From contig PBOR01000031.1 of NCBI GenBank assembly GCA_002724395.1, positions 2,196 to 66,195 on the forward strand: a stretch of 64,000 nt of DNA, read 5' to 3'. Position numbers and translations under genes: made by a program. Within the stretch, counting starts at the first letter, position 1, and every line of letters begins with the position of its first letter. The notes under the pieces are model-generated. The model made no database searches, had not been told where the DNA came from, and worked only from the letters and a program-made list of their open reading frames with translations. Positions 29,516 to 38,332 of this stretch are shown in pieces. Origin of the DNA: Rhodospirillaceae bacterium (GTDB taxonomy: Bacteria; Pseudomonadota; Alphaproteobacteria; UBA8366).

Positions 29516-29950
29516 ATGAAAATCGAATCTATCACGCCAATCCCAGTTTGGATGGAGCTGAGCGGTGAACATCAAAAGCTTCTTGGTTTTGGAATGTATC
29601 AGGTATGGAAGTTGATACGCGCGAAACATGGTTTGTCGACATTGATTATAAAGCTTGGCAAATGCGGTATTTTGTATAAGGCAAATCAAATTATCCGCAT
29701 GGCGGAAGCTGCTAACCTGCCGGTATGTATAGATTGGGCCCAAGGTAGCCGGCCGCTGGATATGGCGACCGGGCAAATGCATGTAGCGTTGAGGTTAGTC
29801 GCGTGCGACCCAGGCATGGATTATTATTAACGTATTAACGATGAGCCGGTTGCAGATAACCGCGCTTAATTTAGGGGTGGTCGTTTTGAAATTCCCGGTG
29901 CGCCAAGGCTTTTGCTAACGCTTGGTGAAAACTCAATAAAAGTGATGTAG
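29516..29950 (+). pseudogene. decayed enolase-superfamily (mandelate racemase/muconate lactonising enzyme) gene
   Basis: An N-terminal MKIESITPIPV is fused directly to a C-terminal barrel segment (IIKLGKCGILYKANQIIRMAEAANLPVCI...). The family C-terminus GGRFEIPGAPRLL... continues in another frame (29876-29950). The central catalytic part is missing. Confidence 0.6.
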
Positions 29951-29973
29951 CAACGTCGTTAAGAAGTTATTCG

Positions 29974-31728
29974 TTATTCGCCAATTTTGTAGGCCTTCAT
30001 AACTTCTACGACACGTTCAGCAATGGGGTGACCCTGCTCGGCGGCTTTTTCATACCATTGTCGGGCTATTTTATCGTCTTTTTTTACGCCGTGCCCTTTG
30101 CGGTACATCACGCCGAGATTGAACTGCGCGGCAGGCTCACCTTGCCTTGCTGCTTTTTGGTACCATTCGACCGCTTGCTGATAGTTTCTTTCGACGCCCT
30201 TTCCATGTTCGAAGAGGTAGCCCATTCGTGTTTGGCTCTCTGCCTCACCCTGTTGTGCTAGCGGCCGCCAAGAACTAAGGGCCTTTTTAAAGTCGCCCAT
30301 CTTGTATGCCGCTAGTCCCTCTCTAAAACTTGCAACGCTGTCTTTTGTTCCCTCGACAGCACTAGATTTCTTTGTGATACCTTCGGTGGGGCTTTCAACG
30401 GCCTGTGTGGCTGTTTTTACTTTTGTTTGAACCGGTTTTGGTTCGACCAAAAGGACTTCATTAGCGGGGATGGGCGATGTGCTCGATATTTTAGGCTCGT
30501 TTGCTGCTCTCTCTTTAGCGAGCCCTTTGCGATATTGTTTCGCGGGTTTGTTTCCGACTATTTCTTCCGGGTTAGATTTTGCTTCGTTTACTTGGCTCGC
30601 AGGTGCTTTTGCCGGCGTTGGGTTCGCTCGGGGGTAATCGGCATTTGGAGGTGGTGGTGCTTTTTTCTCATCTCCTAATAACCCTGAGGTCGAATCCTCG
30701 GTTTTTTTTGTCAGGCTGGCTTGATCTGGGTTCTTTTTTAGGGCCTTTAAAGTCTGGTTGGGTGAAATCCGGTCAACAATGGTTGGCTCTTTTTCGTCCG
30801 GCTTTAATGGTTCACTGGTTATTGATCCCGAAGTAATGAGGACCGTTGGCGGTTCGTCCTGTGAAGATACTTTTTCCTTCGAGCCCTTTGGGACTATTAA
30901 TTGGGGAGTAGCGGTTGAAGTATTTTCCAATAGATTTTCGGTGTTGAGAGGCGTGGGTAGGATTGTTGATTTCTTAACGCCCATATTCTCTGAAACCGAG
31001 GCAACTTTTGCACCAGAACCTAATATGAGTGCGCGAAGCTGTTTTTTTGAATCTGGGTGACCCTGCTGAGCGGCTTTACGGAACCATTGTTCGGCCTTCG
31101 ATGGATTATTTGTGACTCCGTGTCCATGCAAATACATCAGACCCATTTCATATTGTGCAAAAGCATGGCCCATTTCAGCTAATGGTTGATAGACACCATA
31201 CGCTGCAGAGTAGGGACGTTCGATTTGTTCTGGCCGTATGTCTGCAGCAGGCGCCGACCTGCTGGGTTTGCCAGCGGTGGCTTTTGCAACACTCAGTTTT
31301 GTAGGAGGCGTGTAGTTATCGGTTGCACTGCTTGATAATGAAGACTGTTCTTTGTTTTCGATACTGGCTGTATTATCAAGGGATTTGATACCGAAGATTT
31401 GGCTAAAAAAATTCCTGATCTCAGCCAGTATGTTCTGTTTTGGTTTGGAGGTTGAACCATTTTCAGTTTTTGGGCGACTGATTGCTTTCGGCGTTTTTTC
31501 TTTTAATTTTTCTCCAGAAAGTCCGGTTTCTTTCGTTGAAATTTGGTCGCTTGAGTGAACTACGATGGATTTCTTGTTTGTTCCATGCTGCGAGGACACT
31601 TGGTCGGCTGTAACTGTGGGGGAGGAGGGTAGTCCAGCCTTCTCAGATTTATCATTTACCAACAGGTTCTGGCACGCACCCAAAAACAGTGCGGCAGTAA
31701 ATATAAAAGTCGGGTGTTTTACGTACAT
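29974..31728 (-). CDS. Sel1-repeat lipoprotein with long low-complexity linker
   Basis: Lipobox FLGAC. Sel1 repeats at about aa 175-235 (AQYEMGLMYLHGHGVTNNPSKAEQWFRKAAQQGH) and aa 470-584 (three repeats). About 240 aa of P/K/S/T/E-rich sequence lies between them. Confidence 0.8.
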   Translation of the reverse strand: MYVKHPTFIFTAALFLGACQNLLVNDKSEKAGLPSSPTVTADQVSSQHGTNKKSIVVHSSDQISTKETGLSGEKLKEKTPKAISRPKTENGSTSKPKQNILAEIRNFFSQIFGIKSLDNTASIENKEQSSLSSSATDNYTPPTKLSVAKATAGKPSRSAPAADIRPEQIERPYSAAYGVYQPLAEMGHAFAQYEMGLMYLHGHGVTNNPSKAEQWFRKAAQQGHPDSKKQLRALILGSGAKVASVSENMGVKKSTILPTPLNTENLLENTSTATPQLIVPKGSKEKVSSQDEPPTVLITSGSITSEPLKPDEKEPTIVDRISPNQTLKALKKNPDQASLTKKTEDSTSGLLGDEKKAPPPPNADYPRANPTPAKAPASQVNEAKSNPEEIVGNKPAKQYRKGLAKERAANEPKISSTSPIPANEVLLVEPKPVQTKVKTATQAVESPTEGITKKSSAVEGTKDSVASFREGLAAYKMGDFKKALSSWRPLAQQGEAESQTRMGYLFEHGKGVERNYQQAVEWYQKAARQGEPAAQFNLGVMYRKGHGVKKDDKIARQWYEKAAEQGHPIAERVVEVMKAYKIGE

Positions 31729-31796
31729 AAGACAAATCCTACCGCGCTATAAAGCGAAGACAAAGGTAATCTTCAGACAAAGTTATACACTACGCT

Positions 31797-32843
31797 CTAC
31801 CAGGGGGTATTGTAGCTCTTAAATGGCGATGCGATGCGTTGGATGTCCTGAATGAGGCCAGCTGGCATGCCGGGATCGTCGGTTTCGCGGATGCCACTCG
31901 CGACGGAGTCTGATGCACCGCCGAAGCGGGTCTCGATTTCCTTAGCTACATTTTCATATGTGCCGATAGCGGCAAAAAGCTTGAGCACGTCGTCGTCAAT
32001 CTCGTTGGGCATCTCATCCCACAGCTTTTCACGCGACATTTGGTGCAGTTTTTTGCCAAGGTCTTCCAGTCCGTGCACTTCCCATACCGGAAAGTAATTT
32101 GGCGTCGAGCCATAAAAGGCTACACGATAGCGCACCCACTCTAAATTTTTGGCTACCGTTTCCTCATCCGGACCGGTCACAATGTATCCACCGCCAACGA
32201 TTTCCAAGCTTTCCCGTTTTCGGTCACTTCGTTTCATGCCGGTTTCAAGCTCTTTTATCACAACCTGGTCGATATATTTGCGCGTGCAGAACGGGTGCAG
32301 CCTAACTCCGTCACAGACTTCTCCGGCGAGCCTGAGCATCGCCGGCCCTACTGCGGCTATGGTGATTGGCACCATTGGCTGACCGGACGCGGGTGGCTTG
32401 AAGTTGGGGGTCATCAAGTTGAACTGATAATGTTCGCCTTCGTATTCTAGTTTTTCGTCTTTCTCAAAACAGCTCCAAATCGCACGTAACGCTTCAATAT
32501 ACTCTTTCATCCGGGGGACTGGTGCGCTCCAAGGAACGCTGAATCGGCGGACATTATGGGCTCGGACTTGCGATCCCAATCCAAGTATGAACCGACCGCC
32601 GGAACTATGTTGTAAGTCAAAACAAGTTTCCGCAACCGCCATAGGACTTCTGGCGAATGCAATAGCGATCCCAGTCATTAGTTTGATTTTGCTGGTAACT
32701 GGAATGGCTGCGGCATGGGGAAGAAATGGTGCGTGTTGGTTTTCCGAACTGACGATGCCATCAAAGCCAGCGTTTTCTGCCTCCGCTGCAGCATCTGCCG
32801 AATTATTTAGATTGTCCTGTGGCATGCCTGTGTAAACGCGCAT
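31797..32843 (-). CDS. LLM-class F420/flavin-dependent oxidoreductase
   Basis: Luciferase-like pattern (AENAGFDGIVSSENQH, GRFILGLGSQV); 348 aa. Confidence 0.8.
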   Translation of the reverse strand: MRVYTGMPQDNLNNSADAAAEAENAGFDGIVSSENQHAPFLPHAAAIPVTSKIKLMTGIAIAFARSPMAVAETCFDLQHSSGGRFILGLGSQVRAHNVRRFSVPWSAPVPRMKEYIEALRAIWSCFEKDEKLEYEGEHYQFNLMTPNFKPPASGQPMVPITIAAVGPAMLRLAGEVCDGVRLHPFCTRKYIDQVVIKELETGMKRSDRKRESLEIVGGGYIVTGPDEETVAKNLEWVRYRVAFYGSTPNYFPVWEVHGLEDLGKKLHQMSREKLWDEMPNEIDDDVLKLFAAIGTYENVAKEIETRFGGASDSVASGIRETDDPGMPAGLIQDIQRIASPFKSYNTPW

Positions 32844-33008
32844 GAGTATCTCCCTTGCATTTATTAACCCTGCCTATAATCCATCAGGCGATCAGCTTCA
32901 ATCCTATGTAGTGGCGTGCGCTGCTCGCCATCTGGTCAGTAGAGCAAAAATCGTGATATGAATCTATCAGCATTCTGAATCATAGAAACGTTTTGAGGGA
33001 GAAAATCT

Positions 33009-33791
33009 ATGGCAGCAGTAGCCAGCGCACATCCGGATGACGTCCTCAGTATCCGAGAACAGGTATCTGAAGAGGAATGGGAAACGCGGGTTAATTTAGC
33101 CGCGTGTTACCGCTTGGTGGATCATTATGATATGTCTGATTTGCTGGGTACGCATATTTCCGCTCGCGTGCCAGGTGAAGACAATACATTCCTTTTAAAT
33201 CCTTATGGCATGTATTTCGATGAAATCACCGCTTCCAGCCTAATCAAGGTGGATTACGACGGTAATGTGCTGACAGAAACACCGTTTGATCTTAATTTGG
33301 CGGGCTTTACTATTCATAGCGCTGTCATGATGGGGCGTCCTGATGTTGATTGTGCACTTCACACCCATACGCGCGCTGGTATGGCGGTCTCTGCGTTAAA
33401 ATGTGGCTTGCTTCCCATGTCCCAACATTCTGCGCGGTTTATCGACCGCACCGGTTATCATGATTATGAAGGCGTTGCGCATGACCATGATGAGCGCGAG
33501 CGTTTGCAACGGGATCTTGGTGATAATTTGGCACTTATTTTACGCAATCACGGGTTGCTCACCTGCGGCTATAATATTGGTCATGCATTTTGGTTGATTT
33601 ATAAATTGGAGCGGGCCTGTCAGGCACAAATTGACGGAATGTCGGCGGGAGCCAAGGTGATTGAGATTGAGCCATCGGTGCAGGAAAGTTCCAAAGAGCT
33701 TTTTGAAAAGCGCCGGACAGCGGGTGGTGATTTAGGTTGGCCAGGCCATTTGCGCCGGCTCGATCGGATGGACCCCAGCTACAAAGATTAA
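33009..33791 (+). CDS. class II aldolase/adducin-family protein (paralogue 1)
   Basis: GTHISARVPG, TIHSAV, HTHTRAG (zinc His cluster), RNHGLLT. Confidence 0.85.
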   Translation: MAAVASAHPDDVLSIREQVSEEEWETRVNLAACYRLVDHYDMSDLLGTHISARVPGEDNTFLLNPYGMYFDEITASSLIKVDYDGNVLTETPFDLNLAGFTIHSAVMMGRPDVDCALHTHTRAGMAVSALKCGLLPMSQHSARFIDRTGYHDYEGVAHDHDERERLQRDLGDNLALILRNHGLLTCGYNIGHAFWLIYKLERACQAQIDGMSAGAKVIEIEPSVQESSKELFEKRRTAGGDLGWPGHLRRLDRMDPSYKD

Positions 33792-33811
33792 TTAAGTCGG
33801 AGGAATTTAGT

Positions 33812-34564
33812 ATGTCATTGAAAGATAAAGTATCGGCAGAAGAGTGGCAGACGCGCGTCGATCTCGCTGCCGCCTATCGGCTCTGTGAACAATACGACAT
33901 GACGGACTTAACCGGGACCCATCTGTCGGCGCGAGTTCCAGGTGAGCCGGATAATTTTCTGTTGAACCCTTATGGTATGTATTTCGAAGAAGTTACGGCG
34001 ACCAGCCTGATCAAACTCACTTTGGATGGGGATGTTCTTGAAGATCCATTGGGGCTTGGCGTAAATGCTGCTGGATATACGATCCATAGTGCCGTTTTGG
34101 CGGGACGAGACGATCTTAATTCCGTCATGCATACACATACACGTGCTGGTATCGCTGTTTCGTCTATGGAATGTGGGTTGTTACCTATGTCGCAGCACTC
34201 GATGCATTTCTATAACGCAATTTCCTACCACGATTATGAAGGTGTGGCTGTCAATTTGGATGAGCGGGAAATGTTACAACGTGATTTAGGTCCCGTAAAT
34301 ATGGCTTTAATGCTGAAGAATCACGGGCTGTTAACTGCTGGGCTTAGTGTTTCGGATGCTTTTTATAAATTGATGAGGTTAGAAAAATCATGCCAGGCCC
34401 AGGTGGATGCAATGTCTACTGGTGGAGAACTACACCTCGTGCCTGAAGCGGTTTCAGCTCACACTAATAACCAGTTTAAGAACCGCGGCACGGAGCTAGG
34501 TGATCGCGGGTGGCCGGGACATCTTCGCCGGTTAGATAAGATGGACCCATCTTACGCTCACTAA
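33812..34564 (+). CDS. class II aldolase/adducin-family protein (paralogue 2)
   Basis: Same motifs (GTHLSARVPG, HTHTRAG, KNHGLLT). The ATG at 33812 is preceded by GGAGG. The longer track ORF overlaps paralogue 1. Confidence 0.85.
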   Translation: MSLKDKVSAEEWQTRVDLAAAYRLCEQYDMTDLTGTHLSARVPGEPDNFLLNPYGMYFEEVTATSLIKLTLDGDVLEDPLGLGVNAAGYTIHSAVLAGRDDLNSVMHTHTRAGIAVSSMECGLLPMSQHSMHFYNAISYHDYEGVAVNLDEREMLQRDLGPVNMALMLKNHGLLTAGLSVSDAFYKLMRLEKSCQAQVDAMSTGGELHLVPEAVSAHTNNQFKNRGTELGDRGWPGHLRRLDKMDPSYAH

Positions 34565-34588
34565 AGGAATTTATGAATGTTATTGGGA

Positions 34589-34620
34589 GCGGCCAGCTTT
34601 GCTGGCTGCTTTCTTTTTTT
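34589..34620 (+). terminator. rho-independent terminator after the aldolase pair
   Basis: A 9-bp stem GCGGCCAGC/GCTGGCTGC (one G-U) with a TTT loop, followed by TTTCTTTTTTT. Confidence 0.7.
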
Positions 34621-34888
34621 GTTATTAGATTTGAGTTATCGATAATCACGGCTAGTCCATAACTGTGTATCTTAGGAGCTATGATGAGAACTGTCGTCGC
34701 AGGGATGCTGAAGCATTCAATAGACGGGCGCGCTTTGGCTAAGGGACTTAGGAGTGGAGTTACAATCATAATTTGAAATTTAAATCTTAGGATATTGGGC
34801 TTTTTATAAAATTAGCAAAAGCTCCTAATCATGCATTCCCGTTGGCCGTCTCCTTAGATACAATCGCTCTACCAATCAGGAGGTCACG

Positions 34889-35677
34889 ATGGCTCAAAAT
34901 AATAAGTCACAACAAAAGCGGGTCACAGCCGCATTGCTTATCATTGGAGACGAAATACTATCCGGACAAACACATGATAAAAACCTTCCCTATATCGCGG
35001 AAAGTGTAAATAGCGTTGGCGTGCAATTAGCTGAAGTACGTGTGGTGCCTGACATAAAGCAAGAAATCATTGATGCAGTGAATGCACTGAGGCATCGCTA
35101 TGACTACGTCTTTACTACCGGTGGTATTGGGCCGACTCATGACGATATCACCGCAGAATCAGTTTCTGAGGCGGTAGGGCTAAAACTAATTCAGAATCCG
35201 GAAGCACGACGCCGGTTGGAAGAGCATTATAAATTCAATGGCACTGAAATTAATGCCGCGCGAATGAGTATGGCCAATACACCAGAGGGAGCTGAGTTGA
35301 TTGATAACCCGATTTCAACAGCTCCGGGCTTCAAAATTGAGAACGTTCATGTGATGGCTGGTGTGCCGAGAATTATGCAAGCGATGATGGACAACATAAC
35401 GGGTAGCTTAGAAGGTGGGGCTACAAAGCTTAGTTGCAGCGTTCTTTGTAATTTGGGTGAAGGGACTATTGCTGGTGGTTTAAGCGATATTCAGGGTAAG
35501 TTTCCCGAGATCGATATTGGCTCTTATCCTCACTACGCCCGTGGGGATTACCGATTGTCGCTTGTGATTAGGGGCTTTGACGAAACGGAATTGGAGGAAG
35601 CTCAACAAGCTGTCTTCGACATGATTACAGACCTTGGTGGCGATCCAATCAAGGGCAAGGATACGGAGAGTGCCTGA
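34889..35677 (+). CDS. CinA N-terminal-type molybdopterin-binding (MoCF_BD/COG1058) domain protein
   Basis: ALLIIGDEILSGQTHDKN and TTGGIGPTHDDIT. No C-terminal PncC deamidase domain. Confidence 0.75.
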   Translation: MAQNNKSQQKRVTAALLIIGDEILSGQTHDKNLPYIAESVNSVGVQLAEVRVVPDIKQEIIDAVNALRHRYDYVFTTGGIGPTHDDITAESVSEAVGLKLIQNPEARRRLEEHYKFNGTEINAARMSMANTPEGAELIDNPISTAPGFKIENVHVMAGVPRIMQAMMDNITGSLEGGATKLSCSVLCNLGEGTIAGGLSDIQGKFPEIDIGSYPHYARGDYRLSLVIRGFDETELEEAQQAVFDMITDLGGDPIKGKDTESA

Positions 35678-37139
35678 TCGCCGTGTCCTGATTGTTTGTT
35701 TTGATGCTCTTCGTCCCGATATGGCGACACCGCAACTAGTCCCAAACTTGCACCGATTTGCGAGTAGTGGCGCCTACTGGCCAGACGCTCATTCCACTTT
35801 CCCCACGGAGACACGAGTTAATCAAGCCGCTCTAGTAACCGGTTGCTACCCAGGGCTTCATGGTATTGTTGGCAATAAATTTGTAGACCCAATTGCGGCG
35901 CCTGGACAAATCTTCAATACGGGTATTGAAGAGCAATTGCGCGATGGTGATGAAAGATTAGACGGTAAATTGCTGGGTGTGCCTTCGATGGGTGAGTTTC
36001 TTAAGGAGGCCGGAAAAGTTTACGCAAGTTTAAGTGCCGGTACGCCCGGTGGCGGTCGGATGCTTAATCATAAGGCGGAAACGGTAGGTGGCTTCCGCAT
36101 GGCGCTGCATGCCCCGGAGGCGACTGTCGCACCAGGCGGACTTGCGGCGGTCAAAGAAAAAGTTGGTGATTTCCCTGATTACGAAATCCCATCCATGGAG
36201 TGGAACCGATACGCGACTGATATCTATTTGAAGTTTGTAGAACCGGAAATGTGCCCCGACGTGATGGTGTTATGGTTTTGTGAGCCTGATTCCAGTTACC
36301 ATTATAAGGGTATTGGGGCGCCAGAGAATTTGGCCGCTATTCGTGGCGTCGACGAACAGTTTGGGCGCATTGTTGATTGGCGCGACGGACCTGATGGGCC
36401 AGGTGAGGCACTTCAAATCATTACCACATCGGACCACGGACAGATCACGGTCGAAGCGGAAAACCTTGATCTCAGTAGCAAGATGGAAGCGGCTGGGTTT
36501 TCTGTTGGCAAGACACTGGAAGACGGTGCCGATGCGGCGTTGGAACTATCTAGCGCGGGTGGAATTTATGTGCGTGATTCAGATCCCTTCCTTATTCGGA
36601 GAATAGTGGAGTGGTTGCAAGGTGAAGACTGGTGCGGTCCAATTTCAACACGCGCGGAAGAAGGGACGCTAAAACACGCAGATCTTTGCTGGGATCACCC
36701 GCGTACGCCGGACATCGGCTTAGTTCTAAAAAGCCATGACAGCAAAAATGAATATGGAATGGTCGGTTACACGCTGCAGAATTCTGACTATCCCGTGAAC
36801 GGCGGGCTTCATGGTGGATTGCATCCAATAGAATTGAATAATTGGCTAGCGGTTGGCGGCAATGCTTTTAAAATTAAATATGTCTCTTCATTACCTGCTG
36901 GGATTGTCGATGTTTTCCCAACAACGTTGACACTGTTGGGATTGTCAGTGCCGGCGTATATTCAAGGGCGTACTTTGACTGAAGCCTTGTTACAGGATGG
37001 TGAATTTGACCCGCCAGCATCAACCCAGAAGGAAATCGTCGTAGACGGTGTAAAAGGCTATCGCGCTCATCTCCAAACTAGTCGTGTGGGTAATACTGCT
37101 TATTTGGATTCCGGTTGGGTGACACGCAGGACCGTGTGA
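35634..37139 (+). CDS. alkaline-phosphatase-superfamily nucleotide pyrophosphatase/phosphodiesterase-like protein (start uncertain)
   Basis: VLIVCFDALRPDM metal site, Thr nucleophile region STFPTETRVNQAALVTG, and TSDHG. Candidate starts are TTG 35634, GTG 35637 and GTG 35670. Confidence 0.72.
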   Translation: MVAIQSRARIRRVPDRRVLIVCFDALRPDMATPQLVPNLHRFASSGAYWPDAHSTFPTETRVNQAALVTGCYPGLHGIVGNKFVDPIAAPGQIFNTGIEEQLRDGDERLDGKLLGVPSMGEFLKEAGKVYASLSAGTPGGGRMLNHKAETVGGFRMALHAPEATVAPGGLAAVKEKVGDFPDYEIPSMEWNRYATDIYLKFVEPEMCPDVMVLWFCEPDSSYHYKGIGAPENLAAIRGVDEQFGRIVDWRDGPDGPGEALQIITTSDHGQITVEAENLDLSSKMEAAGFSVGKTLEDGADAALELSSAGGIYVRDSDPFLIRRIVEWLQGEDWCGPISTRAEEGTLKHADLCWDHPRTPDIGLVLKSHDSKNEYGMVGYTLQNSDYPVNGGLHGGLHPIELNNWLAVGGNAFKIKYVSSLPAGIVDVFPTTLTLLGLSVPAYIQGRTLTEALLQDGEFDPPASTQKEIVVDGVKGYRAHLQTSRVGNTAYLDSGWVTRRTV

Positions 37140-37409
37140 GCGGAATTAGCTTTTATTCAAGTATGAGCGAATTTATATATACGAGGATTGCCAACACGAT
37201 AAAGATGGCCCAGGCGATAGGAACCATGACCGAGGTTCCCCCTTGGGTGCCGGGCGCGAAAATTCAGCTGTAACAAACCGGTCCTTGCGGCTAAATAGAC
37301 ATAGGTGAACCAAGCCGCATTCATATTAGTTATTATACGTAAAAATTTGAGAAATTAGAGTTTGTTCGCTAGCGCCCGGGCGGTGGCTCCTTTAAGATCG
37401 TGACGAAAT

Positions 37410-37495
37410 GCGGACGTGGTGGAATTGGTATACACGACAGACTTAAAATCTGTTGGCTCATGGCCATGCGGGTTCGAGTCCCGCCGTCCGCACCA
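37410..37495 (+). tRNA. tRNA-Leu (anticodon UAA), CCA encoded
   Basis: Hand-folded cloverleaf: acceptor GCGGACG/CGTCCGC, D stem GTG/CAC, anticodon stem ACAGA/TCTGT with loop CTTAAAA, long variable arm, T arm GCGGG-TTCGAGT-CCCGC, discriminator A, CCA. Confidence 0.92.
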
Positions 37496-37536
37496 TATAT
37501 TAACGCCTGACGTTACGCGATTACGAGAGCGATCAT

Positions 37537-38301
37537 ATGACTACCGATTCCGAGACGGTAATGGTAAAGGCATTTGCGGTTGTCGAGATAATCTTAAAGG
37601 AGGATCGCCCTTTGGCGTTGCCGGAATTGGCGGAGTTGTTAGGGCGTCCCAAACAGACCGTCCACCGGACCGTGCGTCAGCTTGAAGCGGCAGGCTTTCT
37701 AGCCCGTGAACCGGGACGCAACCGCTACGGCATCGGGGCACGCTTAAGCTCTGTTGCTGGTGATGTGTTGGAGTGGTGCGTGCGCTACACACCGTGCCAT
37801 TTGTCGTTGACACGGTTAGTGGCCGAAGTGGGTGAGACCTGCAATATCGGTATCATAGACGGCGATGCAGTAAAATATTTGGATCGGGTTGAAAGCGACT
37901 TCCCACTGCGTGCTCAGTTGCATCCTGGGAGCCGTGTGCCACTTTATGCGACGGGTTTGGGGAAGTTATTTCTTGCACATTTAGTGAGCCGAACACGGAG
38001 GCGTATCCTCGAAAAATTAGACCTCGCACGCTTTACCGATAATACGATCACCGACTTGGCGGCGCTTGAAGATGAATTGAAGAGTATTCGCAAGCGCGGA
38101 TATGCGATTAATAACCAAGAGTTCCATGACGGTATTATCAGCATTGCCGTTCCTATTAGCCGCGGTGAACGCGTTATTGCAGGGTTAGCCATGCATGCGC
38201 CATTAGCTCGATTGAGTATCGACCAAGCCACAGCGCACGTGCCCGCACTGAATCGCTATGCGGAAGGCTTTGCCGCGGACTTCGCGTGGGAGAACCAATA
38301 G
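37537..38301 (+). CDS. IclR-family transcriptional regulator
   Basis: N-terminal wHTH (LALPELAELLGRPKQTVHRTVRQLEAAGFL) and a C-terminal IclR effector domain (GYAINNQEFHDGIISIAVPI). Confidence 0.85.
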   Translation: MTTDSETVMVKAFAVVEIILKEDRPLALPELAELLGRPKQTVHRTVRQLEAAGFLAREPGRNRYGIGARLSSVAGDVLEWCVRYTPCHLSLTRLVAEVGETCNIGIIDGDAVKYLDRVESDFPLRAQLHPGSRVPLYATGLGKLFLAHLVSRTRRRILEKLDLARFTDNTITDLAALEDELKSIRKRGYAINNQEFHDGIISIAVPISRGERVIAGLAMHAPLARLSIDQATAHVPALNRYAEGFAADFAWENQ

Positions 38302-38332
38302 TGCACAGGAAGAGCTAAGTTAAGTTTCGCGC

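Noticed and set aside
34672-34828. A 9-bp inverted repeat (TTAGGAGCT / AGCTCCTAA) and a 30-31-codon mini-ORF in the 324-nt gap upstream of the CinA-like gene, possibly an sRNA or leader peptide.
   Set aside because: The repeat is short and the arms are ~140 nt apart. The mini-ORF has poor start spacing and no recognisable features. It cannot be supported from sequence alone.
37153-37227. A 24-codon hydrophobic mini-ORF (MVPIAWAIFIVLAILVYINSLILE*) on the minus strand upstream of tRNA-Leu.
   Set aside because: It is very short, has only a weak purine-rich stretch upstream and shows no conservation evidence. It was noted but not called.
37416-37685. The 89-aa ORF overlapping the tRNA gene and the start of the IclR gene.
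   Set aside because: It is fully explained by tRNA-Leu (a perfect cloverleaf) and by the out-of-frame 5' end of the IclR gene. It has no coding signal of its own.
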